From Reclinomonas americana ATCC 50394 (Eukaryota): a stretch of DNA of 35,049 nt. This document shows, piece after piece, positions 33,828-35,049 of the stretch (within the stretch, counting starts at the first letter, position 1; each line of letters begins with the position of its first letter). The notes under the pieces are model-generated. The model did not search any database. It was not told the origin of the DNA and saw nothing but the letters and a program-made list of their open reading frames with translations. Made by a program: the position numbers and the translations under genes. Where the stretch lies: the NCBI GenBank assembly GCA_048213135.1, contig PS015417.1, forward strand, positions 1 through 35,049. The letters are read 5' to 3'.

Positions 33828-34925
33828 TCATGTCTCGTGCATCTTCAACAAATCAAACACTTGCCGCGAGTACCCGTTCGATTGCAGCCATTCCTGAGTG
33901 AGGCGAGAGGAGGTGAGCAGAGAAGGAAAAGGGAATGACGGATACTCTTGGTGGGCTTGCCACTTCTCACTCCGCCTGCCGTTTGCATGCGTGACTGGAC
34001 ACATTCCCTCAAGAGCAATCGCTCTCTGTGCCACTGCCTTCTACTCTTGCGTGTTTGCAAGTGCATTCCATTCTCATAATCAAGGCGCTTCTTCTCTCTC
34101 CTACCACCTAGTCCTCACATGAGTGCACACCTCCCTTCTTCTCAGCCTTGAATCTTGCCGCACTTGGCTTTCTTTTTCTCTTTTCATCTACATCCTCATC
34201 CTCGCGAGCGTGCACACCTTTCTTCATCTCATGCTTGACATTCACTTCACGTCACTCACGCACTCTCTCCCACTTCCTTGTTCTCGCGACCTTAGCCACA
34301 GTCCGTCTTCTCATGGTAGACGCTCACCGCACTTCTTCCACACACTCTCTCTCCCCATATCCTCGTCCTCGCGAGCGCGCACATCTTCCTTCTTTTCATG
34401 CTTGACATTCACTTCACGTCACTCACGTACTCTCTCCCACTTCTTGCTCTGGCGAACGCAGCCACAGTCCGTCTTCTCATGTACAACACTTCTCTTCTCT
34501 CTCAACCTCCTCATCTCTTCTCCCAATGCTTATGATAACCTCACTGCTCTCTCGTCCTCCCGCTCACGTACGCACTCGCTCGCACTCTACCCACTTCCTT
34601 GTTCTCGCGTAATTATCACAGACCGTCTTCTCATGTTTCCACTCGCCTCACTTCTGCCACACACATACACGCATACACATCCTCATCCTCGCGAGCGTGC
34701 ACACCTTTTTTCTTCTCATGCTTACGGTCACCTCACTCCTCTCACATACTCATTTCCGAGTCCCCTCCTTCTTCCTCATCTCTCGTTCTCTTCCCTATCC
34801 TCCCTTCTCCCTCTCCCTCCCTCTTTCTGTTTTCCTTCCCTCCCTCTCACCTTGAATGCATCCTTTACATGCTGCTGTATTTCGGCCGTGCATCCCAACT
34901 CCTGTCCCCGAGCCTCGGCACGACT
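33828..34925 (-). CDS. Last two exons of an unidentified gene (continues beyond window)
   Basis: Exons 34925-34851 and 33893-33828 join in phase 0 to give SRAEARGQELGCTAEIQQHVKDAFK|EWLQSNGYSRQVFDLLKMHET*, with cag acceptors and an AAG|gtgaga donor. Confidence 0.65.
34190..34760. repeat. ~165-bp degenerate tandem repeat (about 3.5 copies) in an intron
   Basis: cctc(a/g)tcctcgcgagcg..cac recurs at about 34194, 34361 and 34681; ccgtcttctcatg recurs at about 34302, 34469 and 34623. Confidence 0.85.
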
Positions 34926-34980
34926 CTGTGCATCATCAAAGCAACAGTGGGTAAGCGACACCCCATGGACAGGAGGACAG

Positions 34981-35042
<62 letters not shown>

Positions 35043-35049
35043 CTTACGA

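Overview
Gene-dense, intron-rich eukaryotic (probably protist) scaffold with several N gaps and many microsatellite-filled introns; no prokaryotic features. Manual splicing yields about 14 genes: the end of a UIM-containing gene, a UBZ4 zinc-finger protein, a divergent small GTPase, a motor-less KIF21-like WD40 protein, a bacterial-type GST, YIPF6, kinesin-1 heavy chain, Derlin, four tandem paralogs of an unrecognised 69-76 aa protein, Cbp3/UQCC1 and the end of an unknown gene. Most intergenic gaps are only about 60-215 bp. Two observations stand out. First, the four-gene small-protein array at 26611-31466 is invisible to the ORF track and has conserved exon structure plus shared non-coding elements. 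Second, a recurrent non-consensus 5' splice site, GTTGCG, occurs 28 times by hand count, nearly always after a non-G exon end. All gene models are manual and lack transcript support.
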